Shown here piece by piece: positions 14,590 to 28,649 of a DNA stretch of 64,000 bases. The stretch is from Octopus vulgaris (lineage: Eukaryota). The notes beneath the pieces were generated by a model that made no database searches, was not told where the DNA came from, and saw only the letters and a list, made by a program, of their open reading frames with translations. The translations under genes were made by a program, and so were the position numbers. The stretch spans positions 16,678,001 through 16,742,000 of the forward strand of contig OX597829.1 of assembly GCA_951406725.2 (NCBI GenBank), in the 5' to 3' direction. Position 1 is the stretch's first letter. Each line of letters starts with the position of its first letter.

Positions 14590-14892
14590 GATAGTCTGAA
14601 AGAGAACGAAGTGAACGATGTGATCGCGGAAAACCGAAAGCACACGTTTTGTGGACCAGGTATGTCACAAGATTCACAGACCACCAAGTAGATCCCGTAT
14701 AGTTGCCGAGTGGTATCGAAGCGATCAGAAAAGGCCGCTGAGAAGGCTTCCACGACGATGGAAAGACGTTTTAGTCAAACGATTTGTGTCAAGATGGAAA
14801 AAGAATGGCACGATAAAGAATTCGAAGCGCATTGTGACCAGCTATGTATAATGACATCTGATAGTCTCGTCGGCACAGGTGATACAGTGATT
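14590..14892 (+). mobile_element. Degenerate RTE-clade LINE C-terminus and 3' end
   Basis: Frameshifted translation DVIAENRK..W..V.RFTD..RIVAEWYRSDQKRPLRRLPRRWKD matches the RTE pattern WAGHV.R..D.RW...V.EW.P...KRP.GRP..RW.D. Confidence 0.7.
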
Positions 14893-14919
14893 ATATATCA
14901 ACTGTATATACGTATACAC

Positions 14920-15135
14920 ATATAAAGTTAATCCAAACATGAAAACACAAAGAGAAAACACAACGCGAGGACGTGGAACAAGTATAGTGTTATTGGACGC
15001 TCAGGAAAGGAAAGAAAGAAGGAGGATTTAACGTTTCGAGCGGAGCTCTTCGTCAGAAACACAGGAAAAGGAAAGGTTCAAGGAAGGGAAGGTGGAGGAA
15101 AAAATCGCTAACGATACACACTCGGTCACATTTTG
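14920..15135 (-). mobile_element. Penelope-like short element (family F1)
   Basis: Same family as 15535-15712, 30680-30883 and 37150-37360; carries an intact hammerhead core. Confidence 0.7.
15026..15060 (-). ncRNA. Minimal type-I hammerhead ribozyme motif
   Basis: GUUU-CUGACGA-A-GAGC UCC GCUC-GAA-ACGU-U-AAAU: stem I, full core, 4-bp stem II, palindromic stem III. Confidence 0.65.
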
Positions 15136-15534
15136 AATGTATACACACATATATACATATATGTTTGTGTATGAGTTTGTGTGTGTGTGTGTGAGCCAGC
15201 GCGCATGTGTGTGCGTATGGGAATGTGTATGAGACCATATTCGTAGGTAAATTTTTCAAATTGAATAAAGGATCCAATTATATCTATTGCAAATTAGATT
15301 TTTAATTATTGACTTAAGTTCGACGATTCAGAAAATTATATCATTCTACATGCATGGAAATTCATCTGTGCACTACACCCAAACGATTTAGATCAGAAGG
15401 CTCCCTAACATTCCGTTAGACGTTAGTATAGTAGGCAACTATTATGATAAACCCAATAATATGATGGGTATATTTCTCTTGTTTTGACTATTATTTCCAG
15501 CAATACTGGTGCTGAATAGCGCCCTCAGTCGCTC

Positions 15535-15809
<275 letters not shown>

Positions 15810-16464
15810 AATATACATGTATATAAGTAAATACTTGCGACCCACGAAATAAATATAACAAATTCGCCTAAAGTAGTATCAAAATATCATATTTCTACTT
15901 TACAAAAATTTAGTATAGACAATTGATATGTCTAATCCATTATCCGGAACTCTGTACTTGGTACTTTACACAATACCCTTCTGTGCCGTTAGAAATCACG
16001 TTTGACGTTTCACTTATTCAGCAATTGCCAGAAAGTGTTAAATATACACCTAAACCTTTTCCCAATTTGATTTTTAAGAAACTCTAAATGTACCTTTTCT
16101 TCTAATACAATTTAATACAATTGTTCCTCAATTCACAAGAATATCCTCTGATGCAATTCTTAAACAGAGTACAAACATTCCGTTCGAACTAATACATTTT
16201 GTTTAACTCCAAAATAACTAAAGAGTGTTTCAAAACTAGTCCACATAGTTATTGTAAATGATAGTGTTTCCGTTTCTTTGTTCGCTTAGTCAGAACGTTT
16301 TTCATAAATACAACGCAACCCATCTTCGCATAAAAAACAGATAATTTTAAATCAAGTATATACATGTATGTATGTATGTATGTATGTATGTATGTATGTA
16401 TGTATGTATGTATTTATGTATGTATGTATGCATGTATGTATGTATGTATGTATGTATGTATATA

Positions 16465-16525
<61 letters not shown>

Positions 16526-16702
16526 CATATATATATATATATATAACAAAATGTATAATATATGTGTGTGTGTGTGTGCGCGTGTATGTATGCATGTATT
16601 ACATATGTATGTCATTATTCAGTTTTATTTCAATGTGCGTATTATGTATGTATGTATGTATACATACATATATAGATATGTATATATATATATATATAGA
16701 TA

Positions 16703-16748
<46 letters not shown>

Positions 16749-16845
16749 CGTATATGTATATGTGTATATATATACATATGTATGTATGCATGTATGTACG
16801 TATGTATGTCATTCAGTTTTATCTCAATGTATGTTTGTATATATG

Positions 16846-16881
<36 letters not shown>

Positions 16882-17492
16882 GATATATCATATATACATA
16901 TGTATATAAACGTATATATATATTATATATATATGTATATACACATACATATATATGCATATAAGCACACACACACACACACACAAATATATATATACAC
17001 ATATATACATGCACACATACGCACAGAGACATATTTATAAATGTATATATGATGGGCGTACCCAGTTTCCGCCCACTAAATCTACTTCTAAATTATTCGT
17101 CATCTCAATACTGCTGTAACAGACGAGTGCTGAAAGTGTCCCTCCACCTGCTCTCGAAGCGAAATGTCTATGACACATACACATACACACATACACACGC
17201 ACGCACACACATATGAAATGGGGAAACACTATGAGAAATAAATTCTCAGTGTCCACTGGCGTGCATTTGAGTGAGAAAAACGAATAAAGAAGATATATCA
17301 AATTTATAAAAATAACGCAAGATAAATTCGTGATAAATTAAATATTTTCCCTTTTTCCCAGAGAAGGTTGAAAAATCACTCGGTGGCAATTGGGATCAAC
17401 ACCAAATGAGACGGGAAGATTGTTTCAAGAATCAGGCGTCTAGCATGATGTAAAATTGATATATTGATTGACTGGGCAGCAGACACGTTTCT

Positions 17493-17918
17493 TATTTCTT
17501 TATTGCCCACAAGGGGTTAAACATAGAGGGGACAAACAAGGACAGACAAGGGGATTAAGTCGATTATATCGACTCCAATCTGTAACTGGTACTTAATTTA
17601 TCGATAGAGAAAGAATGAAAGGCAAAGTCGACCTCGGCGGAATTTGAACTCAGAACGTAACGGCAGACGAATTTCCTATTTCTTTACTATCAACAAGGGG
17701 CTAAACATAGAGGGGGCAAACAAGGACAGACAAAAGGGATTAAGTCGAATACATCGACCCGAGTGCGTAACTGGTACTTAATTTATCGACCCCGAAAGGA
17801 TGAAAGGCAAAGTCGACCTCGGTGGAATTTGAACTCAGAATGCAGCAGCAGACGAAATACTGCTAAGCATTTCGCCTGGCATTTCGCCTGGCGGGCTAAC
17901 GATTCAGCCAGCTCGCCC
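17493..17918 (-). mobile_element. SINE family A dimer
   Basis: Two units; 13-bp TSD CAGACACGTTTCT (17480-17492, 17919-17931). Confidence 0.9.
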
Positions 17919-17969
17919 CAGACACGTTTCTGCCTCATTACAGTTATCTATTATTACTGGTGGCCCAAC

Positions 17970-18490
17970 GGAGGGAGAAATGCTTAGCGGCATTTCATCT
18001 GTCTTTACGTTCTGAGTTCAAATTCCGCCGAGGTCGACTTTTGCCTTTCATCCTTTCGAAGTCGAAAAATTAAGTACAAGTTGAGCTCTGGGATCGATGT
18101 AATCAACGAGCCCTTTCCCCGCCCCAAACTCCAGGCCTTCTGTCTTTAGCAGAAAGGATTATTAAGGCGGCGAGCTGGCAGAAACGTTAGCACGCTGGGC
18201 GAAATGCGTAGCCGTATTTCGTCTGCCGTTACGTTCTGAGTTCAAATTCCGCCGAGGTCAACTTTGCCTTTCATACTTTCGGGGTCGATAAATTAAGTAC
18301 CAGTTACGCACTGGGGTCGATGTAATTGATTTAATCCGTTTGTCTGTCCTTGTTTGTCCCCTCTATGTTTAGCCCCTATGTTTAGTCCATCTTTACGTTG
18401 CATTTTATCCTTTCGGGGATGTAAGTTCCAGTTGAACACTGGGGTCGATCTAATAAATTCATCAATTCTACCGAACTTGTGTGCCAAAAT
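17970..18490 (+). mobile_element. Tandem SINE family A copies
   Basis: Units at ~17970-18160 and 18166-18490. Confidence 0.85.
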
Positions 18491-19170
18491 TTGTTATCAA
18501 TATACTCATGCATATGTATGCATGTACGTACGTTTGTATGTACATGTGTACGTTAAATACTATAACACTTGACTAACTAAAATATATTCAAACACATCCA
18601 GAATTAAGGAGTAGTTTCAATACGTTTTTTTCTTATCAAAATACATTCGCCACAAGGACATTATTTATGTATATATGTATATACAAAGAAGAAAAAAAAA
18701 AGCAAAGATGAAAAGAGCTGTCATACATAACGGAAGCAATATAATGAAATAAACATTCTATAGCCACACAGATAAACATACATCACCATATAGAACCACA
18801 AGTGCTTAACGAAAAGAGATATGCTGAGCAAGTACAGAATAAATATACGGACTGATAATGTGAGCGTATACACACAGACGTGTGTGCGTGTGTGTGTGCG
18901 TGTGTGTGCGTGTGCATTTATGTGTGTGTGCGTGTGTGTGTGTGTGTGCGTGTGCATTTATGTGTGTGTGTGTATGTATATATATATATATATATATTTA
19001 TGTGTGTGTGTGTATGAGTATGTACCATGCGTGTTCCTCTGTGTATATTATATATACAGGTGTGACTAATGTACGTATCAAGGTATAATACAAGTGAAGC
19101 CAAACTATGAATGTGTGTGTGAGTGAGTGTATTATGTGTACGCGTGAGTGTGTTTTTGTACATATGGGTT

Positions 19171-19202
<32 letters not shown>

Positions 19203-19495
19203 TGTGTGTGTGTGTGAGAGAGAGAGTGTGTGTGTGTGTGTGTGTGTGTTCATATGTTAAGAAGCACATTGGTAAAATATCAAACTAGTAAGGAATTGTC
19301 AATATATAGCGCAAATATTTAAGTTTCGTGAATACTTATCTACATGCCTGTGTGTATATACGTATATATATACATATGTGTGTGTGTGTGTATTTACATA
19401 CACACACACATGCACACACACACACAGATATATATATATATGTATACATGTATATATATCCACAGTAACTCATAAAAGTAGCAACACACACAGAT

Positions 19496-19530
<35 letters not shown>

Positions 19531-19735
19531 CATACAGGGAGAGAGACAGACAGACAGATAAATAGATATAAGTGTCTATCTATCTATCTATCTATCTATA
19601 TATCTATCTATCTATCGACAGATAGATAAATAGACGTGTATATGTATATATATATATACATACATACATATATATGTGTGTGTATATGTGTTTGTATCTT
19701 TTTGTGTGTGCGTGTGTGTATGTATATATATATAT

Positions 19736-19809
<74 letters not shown>

Positions 19810-20442
19810 GTGTACATAATTTGTACTTCCTATGGTGATAAATTTAATATCATAACAACGTCCAACATGATGAAAGAAATATTAAAAAACAAAAACAAAA
19901 ACAAAAACAGAGAAACCTACGACAGTTAAATGGATTTCACAATCGTATTTTTCCATCTCTTATATCTATTTGCATTTCTCCCTCCTACTTGATGGATCAT
20001 ATATAACTTGTAGAAATCGGAGTTTGAACTTAGTCACCTAAGCGTTAGCGCGCCTTTCTGATCGTATGCAAGTCATACGTTAGTGCATGCGTATGTATGC
20101 CTGTGTAAACTGATTTTTGTTTATTTCTTTTTGTACGTGTAATGTTGGCAGGTGCGTATACACGCATGTATCTATAACAGTGTATATATATATTATATAT
20201 TATAATTTGTACGCATATGTATGTGTTTGTGCGCGCGTGTGTGTTTGTATGTGTGTGTGTGTGTGCGTATGTATGTATGTATGTATACACAATATGGCGT
20301 ATGCGTGTATCTGTGTGTAAACCTTTCTGGTAAGGTCATTTATAAACCTGTGTGCTTGAATATACGTATTTATTTGTATGTATGTATGCATGTATGTATT
20401 TTTGTATGTATGTGTGTGTATGTATGTACGTATGCATACATA

Positions 20443-20485
<43 letters not shown>

Positions 20486-20586
20486 GTATATATGTATATG
20501 TATGTTTGTATATATATATATGAATATATATAAATGTATATATATATGTATATATATATATTTGAATATATATGTTTATATATGTA

Positions 20587-20651
<65 letters not shown>

Positions 20652-21527
20652 AATACATAAAATATGTGTGCGTACATATATATATATTCATATGTGGAAA
20701 AATTGACTTAAATATGGTAAGGATATTTATTTACCGTTAATAATTTTTGCAGCACCACTTTCATATAATTTCCTCACTAAATATACCCGTTTTCCTTTCT
20801 TTTTGATTTAGTTTATTATTATATTTTTGTCTTTCATTTTTCGACGTAGAAGTGATTAGCCTTCCTTACTTCCTTCCTTCTGTTCTTTCTTTCATTCTTT
20901 CCCTCTTTATTTTCTTTTTCTTTTTTTGTTTTCCACTGATGTTATTTTTTCTTTGTATTTATCTAAGAACTTAACACTGCCACGGCAACATCAGAATCAT
21001 TACGCGCACTCAAAGAAGCAAGGGGCAAAGAAGGAATCTCTGAGAGCGTACCAAACCTGTCAACGATACCAGTGACATCTAACCCCAAATAGTACACCAC
21101 GCATCTCATTGCATTTGGCGGTTTATTAGGCGCAATTGGTCTTATATACACAAGGTTGCGATGTAGATTAGTCGCAAGTAATGGCTCAAAATTGGGCTTG
21201 TACAAATAAAAGTTCGACATACACGCGCGTGCCTCCACCTGCCGTACACGCACACAGGCACACGCGCACACATACCGATATACATACTTATATACATACT
21301 TACATACATGCATACATTTATGAACCTAAGTGTTTATATATATGCGAGTATAAATACACACACACACATATACACACATACAAACATGAATGCATGTTTC
21401 TATATACGTACGTACATACATATCTACGTAATACATACCTACATACATGTATGTATGTATGTATTTATCTGTGTACGTGTGTGTGATTGCGCGCGTGTGT
21501 GTGTGTGTGTGTGTGTATGTGTTCATA

Positions 21528-21845
21528 AAATGGCTAGGTAGCAAGTCGTTAGAGCGTCGACTATACGTGCCGTTTAGTGGTTCGTAAGGTCGTGAGTTCG
21601 ACTCCCGGTGGCGCTCTATGTCCTTGAGCAAGACACTTTATTTTACGCTGTTCAAGTCGACTCAACTGGCAAAAATGAGCAATACCTTTATTTCAGGGAG
21701 CCACCTTGTCACACTGGGTGCCACATTCTGTGTCACACCGAATCTCTCTGAGAACTACGTTGAGAGCACGCGTGTCTGACGAGTGTTCACCCATAGGATG
21801 TTCTGTTGATCAGATCAGCAGGAATATTCAATCGTCGAACAGAAT
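21528..21845 (+). mobile_element. Chimeric SINE (CORE-like head plus tail X)
   Basis: gagttcgactcccgg B-box, tgtccttgagcaagacactt CORE-like block; 3' half similar to 56800-56970. Confidence 0.65.
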
Positions 21846-21944
21846 GCTTTGTGGCAAGTATATTTGTTCTGAACCTCCCTGCTCTGAGTTCAAATGTCAC
21901 CGGCATCCACCATTCACTCTTTCGTGCTCAAAAAGTGAAAATGA

Positions 21945-22350
21945 AGGTTGAGTGGCTGTGTGGTAAGTAGTTTGCTTACGAACCACATGGTTCCGGGTTC
22001 AGTCCCACTGCGTGGCACCTTGCGCAAGTATCATCTACTACAGCCTCGGGTCGACCAAAGCCTTGTGATTGGATTTGATATACGGAAACTGAAAGAAGCC
22101 CGTCGTATATAAGTATATATATATGTGTATGTGTGTGTATATGTTTGTGTGTTGTGTTTGTCCTCCCCCAACATCGCTTGACAACCGATGCTGGTGTGTT
22201 TACGTCCCCGTAACTTAGCGGTTCGGCAAAAGAGACCGAGAGGATAAGTACTAGGATTACAAAGAATAAGTCTTGGGGTCGATTTCCTCGACTAAAGGCG
22301 GTGCTCCAGCATGGCCACAGTCAAATGACTGAAACAAGTAAATGACTAAA
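21945..22350 (+). mobile_element. SINE family B, full length
   Basis: Matches the other family B copies along its length. Confidence 0.92.
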
Positions 22351-22668
22351 TGAGGCAGTAATCGAAGACAGCATTTCTGTGGAACAATTTAGAGCATCGA
22401 GTCAATTGCATAAATTCCAGTTCATCCGGAAATTTGCCTTCTAATTTCAAAATCTGGCACGGTAATATTTCACACCAAAACCCTAGACGGTGTTTCCAGC
22501 TAATTCCTTGTACCTTGGACGCCTCCAACAGAATCCCCTTTGTTTAATTATATATATTTGCTTTAGCTTTTAATCCTGTCTTGTTATTCGAAAAATTTGA
22601 AGTGTGTTTAATGCTTTTCAACTTTGCTAGTCATTGTTTTTCATCTCTCTCTCTCTCTCTCTCTCTCT

Positions 22669-22737
<69 letters not shown>

Positions 22738-22741
<4 letters not shown>

Positions 22742-23695
22742 CTGATGACACTAAGCTCCAGCAAATCGTCAATGAAGAAGCAGACCGAACTCAACTCCAG
22801 TCTGATCTATCTGCTGTGAGTCAATGGGCAGACAGAAACAAAATGCAACTGAACGAGGGAAAATTTGAGCTGATGCATTTTGGAAGAAATTCCTCACTAA
22901 AACAGCCATACTCTCTTCCTTCGGGGGAACCGCTCACAGCCTCTATCAATATCAGAGACCTAGGTGTAATTGTTAATGACAATCTCAGTTGGAGTGCACA
23001 CATAAACAAGAAGGTCAATATAGCTCGTAGGATGAACTTTTCGATCCAGAGAACAAGGTGTCATCATACCACTTTTCTCCTCCTTTGTACGGCCACACCT
23101 CGAATACTGCTGCCCACTGTGGTCTCCCCATACAAGACAAAACATCTCGAGGATTGAATCACCCCAGAGGGCACACACTAAACGAATTGAAGGCATGACT
23201 GCTCTCGATTATTGGGATCGCCTTAAAACCTTGAAACTCTACTCTCTCCAGCGTCGCCGTGAGCGGTACATCATTTGTACGATGTGGAGAATATACAGCC
23301 AATTTTGCCCAAACGACCTGAACATTAGCTTCAAGGTTCATCCAAGACTGGGATCACGGGCCATACGTCCCCTGCCCAATTCAAGATCACAGCATACATG
23401 TACACTGCAACATAATTTCTTTTCCTCGACAGGCCCTGCCCTATTTAACATTGTCCCGAAAGAGATCAAAGAGGAAAAGGATCCCATCAACTTTAAACGG
23501 AGTCTGGATATATTCCTTCAAAGAATACCAGATAAGCCACCCATAATTGGATACAACTCACCCAACAAAAACTCACTGCTTGAATGGACCATAAACAAAA
23601 CTTGACTTAAACAGGATTCAAATAATCCTATCAGGTGGTGCTATTAAGTTAGACATGGCCTGGACCAATCTTTGGTCGAAACATATCTAAGTTTA
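22738..23695 (+). mobile_element. 5'-truncated CR1-like LINE (RT C-terminal half and 3' UTR), frameshifted
   Basis: FADDTKL...LQSDL...W...N.MQLNEGK...IRDLGVIVNDNLSWSAHI; second frame YWDRLKTLKLYSLQRRRERY; embedded in (TA)n. Confidence 0.9.
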
Positions 23696-23719
23696 TATAT
23701 ATATATAAATATATATACC

Positions 23720-23868
23720 AAATATATACGTTTTTATTATTATTTTGCAATTTACTTAATCATTGGTATTTTATTGTTATTTTAATTTTAATATTTCTAT
23801 TATATGTAATTTTCTAGATGGTGTAATTTAATTGTTCATTTCGAATTGATAAAAGGTGGTTATTTCTA

Positions 23869-23904
<36 letters not shown>

Positions 23905-23982
23905 TATATTTTGTGAAATTTGATTTAGTATTTCTAAATTGAATTTTTCCCTGTAAGTTAGGAATAATATTCCCTCAAATAA

Positions 23983-23990
<8 letters not shown>
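23720..23990 (+). mobile_element. AT-rich Penelope-like tail related to 62430-62642
   Basis: Shares gtggtt..t.tctaatt and ctaaatt..atttttccctgtaagtt.gga...attccct with the 62 kb element. Confidence 0.5.
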
Positions 23991-24047
<57 letters not shown>

Positions 24048-24449
24048 GTAAAGGCACATGAGACCAGGAAAAATTTGAAAACAAAACTTCTTTGTGCCTG
24101 AAGAAATTAAAACGGGGGAAAATAGTGCAAGAAAAAAAAAAGCAGTATTCTTGCTTCTAGATCAGAAAAAAAAAAGAGCAGAAAACGCAGAAAGAAAAGA
24201 AAAACTAACAGGTGAGGCATCACCTTCTAGCCGGGAGCAGTCTGAACACGTGAGTTCACAGTAATCAACAGGAATAAATAATAAAATTTATTTTCTTTCA
24301 TTGAGCAGACAGAGCCGTATATATATATGATACAATGTGACATGAAAATAATATATGTGGAGGTGTACATACGTAAGACACATAATCACAGTTTTGTGAA
24401 TATATAATTAAGCAAACACTACTGATAAAAAAATATTTGCAATCCAGCA

Positions 24450-24668
24450 TAGGAGGGGTTGCAGCAGAGTACCTGGCTTTAAGGCTGTCGCAAAGACCTG
24501 GGTTGGTGGCCCCAACCTTCAGAGTTCTTCTACAGGGCTTAGAAAAACTAAAGGACTGCTGCAATAAGTGTGTGAATTTGAGAGGAAAATATTGTTGAAT
24601 AAAATCATAAGTAACTGATCACCCAGTATTTTCTGTTACCCAAAGCCAAGAACTTTTCAGTAACCCCT

Positions 24669-24670
<2 letters not shown>
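24450..24670 (+). mobile_element. Mariner transposase C-terminal remnant and right end
   Basis: QPSEFF..GLEKLKDCCNKCVNLRG...VE* resembles the mariner end (GI.KL..RW.KC....G.YVE); second diverged copy at 25305-25470. Confidence 0.7.
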
Positions 24671-24718
<48 letters not shown>

Positions 24719-24725
24719 ATATATG

Positions 24726-24787
<62 letters not shown>

Positions 24788-24799
24788 TAGATAGATAGA

Positions 24800-25018
24800 T
24801 ACTCTTTTACTTGTTTCAGTCAGTTGACTGCGGCCATGCTGGAGCACCGCCTTTAGTCGAAGAAATCGACCCCAGGACTTATCCTTTGTAAGCCTAGTAA
24901 TTTATTCTATCGGTCTGTTTTGCCGAACCGCTAAGTTACGGGGTCGTAAACACACAAGCATCGGTTGTCAAGCGATGTTGGGGGGACAAACACAGACACA
25001 CAAACATATACACATACA

Positions 25019-25049
<31 letters not shown>

Positions 25050-25180
25050 TATATATATATATACGACGGGCTTCTTTCAGTTTCCGTCTACCAAATCCAT
25101 TCACAAGGCTATACTAGAAGACACTTACCCAAGGCAAGGTGCCACGCAGAAGCTACTTACCACACAGCCACTCCTGCGTC
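24800..25180 (-). mobile_element. SINE family B with internal deletions
   Basis: Starts ctcttttacttgtttcagtc (reverse complement of the tail). Confidence 0.88.
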
Positions 25181-25304
25181 TCTCTCTCTCTATATATAAA
25201 TGGAACAAAAGCGCAATAGAGGACATTAAAATGTCCGGACAGATAGACGATACAAAGGCGGACAAGAGAAACAATTAGAAGGACAGGCAAAAAAATACTG
25301 GTCA

Positions 25305-25470
25305 TTCTTGGCTTTAAGGGTATCGGGAAAGGCCTGGCTAGAGGCCAGACTTTCCGAGTCCTATTACAGGGCTTAGAAAAAACCGAAGGTCTGCTGCAAT
25401 AAGTGTATGAATATGAGAGGGGAATATGTTAAAGAAAATCATAATTAACTGATTTTACCGAAAGCCAGGA
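25305..25470 (+). mobile_element. Mariner C-terminal remnant (second copy)
   Basis: tacagggcttagaaaaaaccgaaggtctgctgcaataagtgtatgaat. Confidence 0.65.
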
Positions 25471-25489
25471 ACGCCGTAAATGATGAATG

Positions 25490-26305
25490 TGATCTTTTCG
25501 GTTTGAACGGCAGTTTTTAAAAATTATTTCCACGTAACTAAAAAATTTGAAACTTCGTATACTGGTAGAATGTGTTTATAAAACATCTTTTTCTCTTGGC
25601 TTTATTGAGAAAATTCTATGGTTTGTAAGATATTTGGTCTTTAATTTCTTGCATTTCGGCAATTTCAACAAATCAATGACGTCTATTGAGTTGAAAACGA
25701 TTTCTGCCGCAACATTTTCAGGCGGCGTCATATGAAAATGTCCCTGTTTTTTTTTTATGAGAATAAAGATACCCTGTGGCCATAAACTGAGGGGTCACTC
25801 GTAAACAGAGCTGGATAACGAAACCGTTCCCTCTTTAGTGTCCACCCATAATTATGACTCTAGTATCGATCTATTGCATTTCAATCTGTTTTAGAGTTAG
25901 GGTTAGGGGTTGGGTTAGGGGTTGGGTTAGGGTTAGGGTTATGGTTAGGGTTAAGGTTAAGGTTAGGGTTTAGGTTAGGGTTAGGGGTGGGGGGAAGGGT
26001 ATCTTTTTTTCTTCAGAAATGTAAATAAACCCATTCTGTTTCTTAAACGAGGGACATTTTCATATTTCACCGCCAGAAAATTTTACGGCAGATAATGTTT
26101 TCACCTCAATAGACGTCATTGATTGGTTGAAATTGCCGAAATTGAAGAAAATATCTTACAAATATCTTACAAACTACAGTATTTTCTCAAGAAAACCAAG
26201 AGAAAAAGATGTTTTATAAACACATTCTACCAGTATACGAAATTTAAAAGTGTTTAGTTACATAGAAATTATTTTTAAAAACTGCCGTTCAAACCGAAAA
26301 GATCC
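25490..26305. mobile_element. Merlin-like MITE, long form with ~210-bp TIRs and internal (TTAGGG)n
   Basis: TIR (t/g)gatcttttcggtttgaacggcagttttt...aaaaactgccgttcaaaccgaaaagatcc; 8-bp TSD GATGAATG (25482-25489, 26306-26313). Confidence 0.85.
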
Positions 26306-26792
26306 GATGAATGATGTTAAGCTAAACTTCTAAAGAGTAATACATTAATGTTACCATATAATAATGATAATGTTAACTTCCGTTGCTTTGGTCGTATTAG
26401 TATTTGAAGGAAGGGATTAATAAAGGGATTAAAAGCGACAGAAACGGAAATCTGCAGCAGAAGTCGTAGGTGAGAGGAAATTACTTGATCTGAGCAAACC
26501 CTAGGGGAAAATATACTCTTTTTACAATTTTGATTTTTTGTTTCACTCACTGGACTGTAGCCAGGATGGAACACAGGCTTGTAAGGCTGGTCGAGTGAAT
26601 CCTTCTGAATAATATTTTTGAATTAAGCCTGGTACTTATTGCAATGGACGCTAAGTTACAAAGATAAACAAACCAACAACGTTGTCAGGAAGTGGGGCCG
26701 AAAAGCATAAACACAAATGCTCACACATATACACGCACGCCCCTCTCTCTCTCTCACTCTCTCTCCCTCTCTATGTGTGTGTGTGTGTGTAT

Positions 26793-27190
26793 AGGCGCAG
26801 GAGTGGGCGTGTGGTAAGTAGCTTGTTTACCAACCACATGGTTCCAGGTTCAGTCCAACTGCGTTGCACCTTGGGCAAGTGTCTTCTACTATAGCCTCGG
26901 GCCGACCAAAGCCTTGTGAGTGGTTAGAGCAGCGGACTAGCGGTCGTAAGATCGCGGTTTCGATTCTTAGACCGGGCGTTGTGAGTGTTTATTGAGCGAA
27001 AACACCTAAAGCTCCACGAGGCTCCGGCAGGGGGTGGTGATCCCTGCTGTACTCTTTCACCACTCTTTCTCTCACTCTTTCTTCTGTTGGCCTGCTCGCT
27101 TAGCCAGCGGGGTGGCGTCATTTGAAGGCTAAAACAATGCGAACGCATTGTGACTAGCGATGTGTCTGGTCAGTGACGTGATCACCTGAT
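26793..27190 (+). mobile_element. SINE B 5' half fused to SINE family C
   Basis: Family B head to 26920, then gtggttagagcagcggact... family C body and tail. Confidence 0.85.
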
Positions 27191-27514
27191 ATATATATAT
27201 GAATGTATGTATGTACAGATATACAGTTATGTGAGTGGATGGTGGACTTCTACACAGTTTCCGTCTACTAAATTCACTTACAAAGCATTGGTTAGTCTGG
27301 TGCCCGAGCAAAGGCACTTTCTCAGGTGGCTGAGTAGTTTTACAGAACTCCAGAATGGTAATGGACGCAAGCACAAACTTAAACACACAGGAATGCCAGC
27401 GCCTCTACAGAAGGAAATATTTTTGGAAACAAAGTGTCTTCATGCGTGAAGAATTTATTGTATGTCAAGTGTGGCGGATAGCGATAGATTTGCGTTTGTT
27501 TTTCGAGAGACATG

Positions 27515-28020
27515 GTCGTGGCTGTGTGATAACATGTTTACTTTCTAATCGCAAGCTTCTGGGTTCAGTCCCATTGCATGGCACTTTGGAACTTTGGACA
27601 AGTGTCTTCTAATATATATTTCTTTACTGCCCAGACGGGGCTAAACATAGAGGGGACAAACAAGGACAGACAAACGGATTAAGTCGATTACATCGACCCC
27701 AGTGCGAAACTGGTACTTTATTTATCGACCCCGAGAGTATGAAAGGCAAAGTCGACCCCGGCGGAATTTGAACTCAGAACGTAACGACAGACGAAATACC
27801 GCTAAGCATTTAGCCTGTCGCGCTAACGTTCCTGCCAGCTCGCGCCAAGCCTAGGACCTATCAGTTTCTTGTGAGTGGATTTAATAGACGGAAACGGAAA
27901 GAACCCCATCGTGTGTGCCTTTGTATTTGTGCCCCAACACCTCTCGACAACCGGTGTCGGTTTGTTTACGTCACCGCGAAGTAACGGTTGGGCATTAAGA
28001 CCAGGCTAAAAAAAAGGGAA
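27515..28020. mobile_element. Old SINE B (+) interrupted by SINE A (-, 27617-27845)
   Basis: Family B sequence resumes at ~27860. Confidence 0.75.
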
Positions 28021-28084
28021 AAAAAGAAAAAATGAAGCACATAGCCATTAGTCAGTGCTACAGTATTTCGGAAACTACATGAAA

Positions 28085-28480
28085 GCAGCGAGTTGGCAGA
28101 AACGTTAGCACGCCGGGCGAAATGCCTAGCGGTATTTCGTCTGCCGTTACGTTCTGAGTTCAAATTCTACCGAGGTTGACTTTGCCTTTCATCCTTTCAG
28201 GGTCGTTAAATTAAGTACTAGTTGCGCACTGGGGTCGATGTAATCGACTTAATCCGTGTGTCTGTCCTTGTTTGTTCCCTCTATGCTTAGCCACTTGTGG
28301 GTAATAAAGAAACATGTATTTCGTCTGCCGCTACGTTCAGAGTTCAAATTCCGCCGAGGTCGACTTTGCCTTTCATCTTTTTGGGGTCGATTAAATAAGT
28401 ATCAGTTGCGTACTGCGGTCGATCTAATCAACTGCCCCTCCCCCAAAATTTTGTGCCTTGTGCCTAGAGTAGTAAAGAGT
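28085..28480 (+). mobile_element. SINE family A dimer with alternative tail
   Basis: Second unit from ~28317; GTATTTCGGAA repeated near both flanks. Confidence 0.88.
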
Positions 28481-28649
28481 ATTTCGGAATCTTCTTGGAC
28501 GCTTCGCTTGTGCTCACCTTCGTAATGCAGTGAGGGTTCGTGGCACACGTGGCACAAAGGTGTCGATGTCTGCGACATGGTTGGGTGAAGGGGTGGTCAT
28601 GAAGACTTCGATCAGCAGATCTTCATGGTATTCGAAGACCAGAATAGAT

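Noticed and set aside
20963-21180. Possible exon after a long pyrimidine tract
   Set aside because: The open frames give no recognisable protein and no convincing donor site; it may be non-coding unique DNA
23655-23692. Stem-loop plus GAAAC at the CR1-like LINE 3' end as a hammerhead
   Set aside because: No CUGANGA core upstream; more likely the LINE 3' recognition stem-loop
25893-25995. True telomere or chromosome fusion site
   Set aside because: Short, degenerate and internal to a TIR element with a TSD
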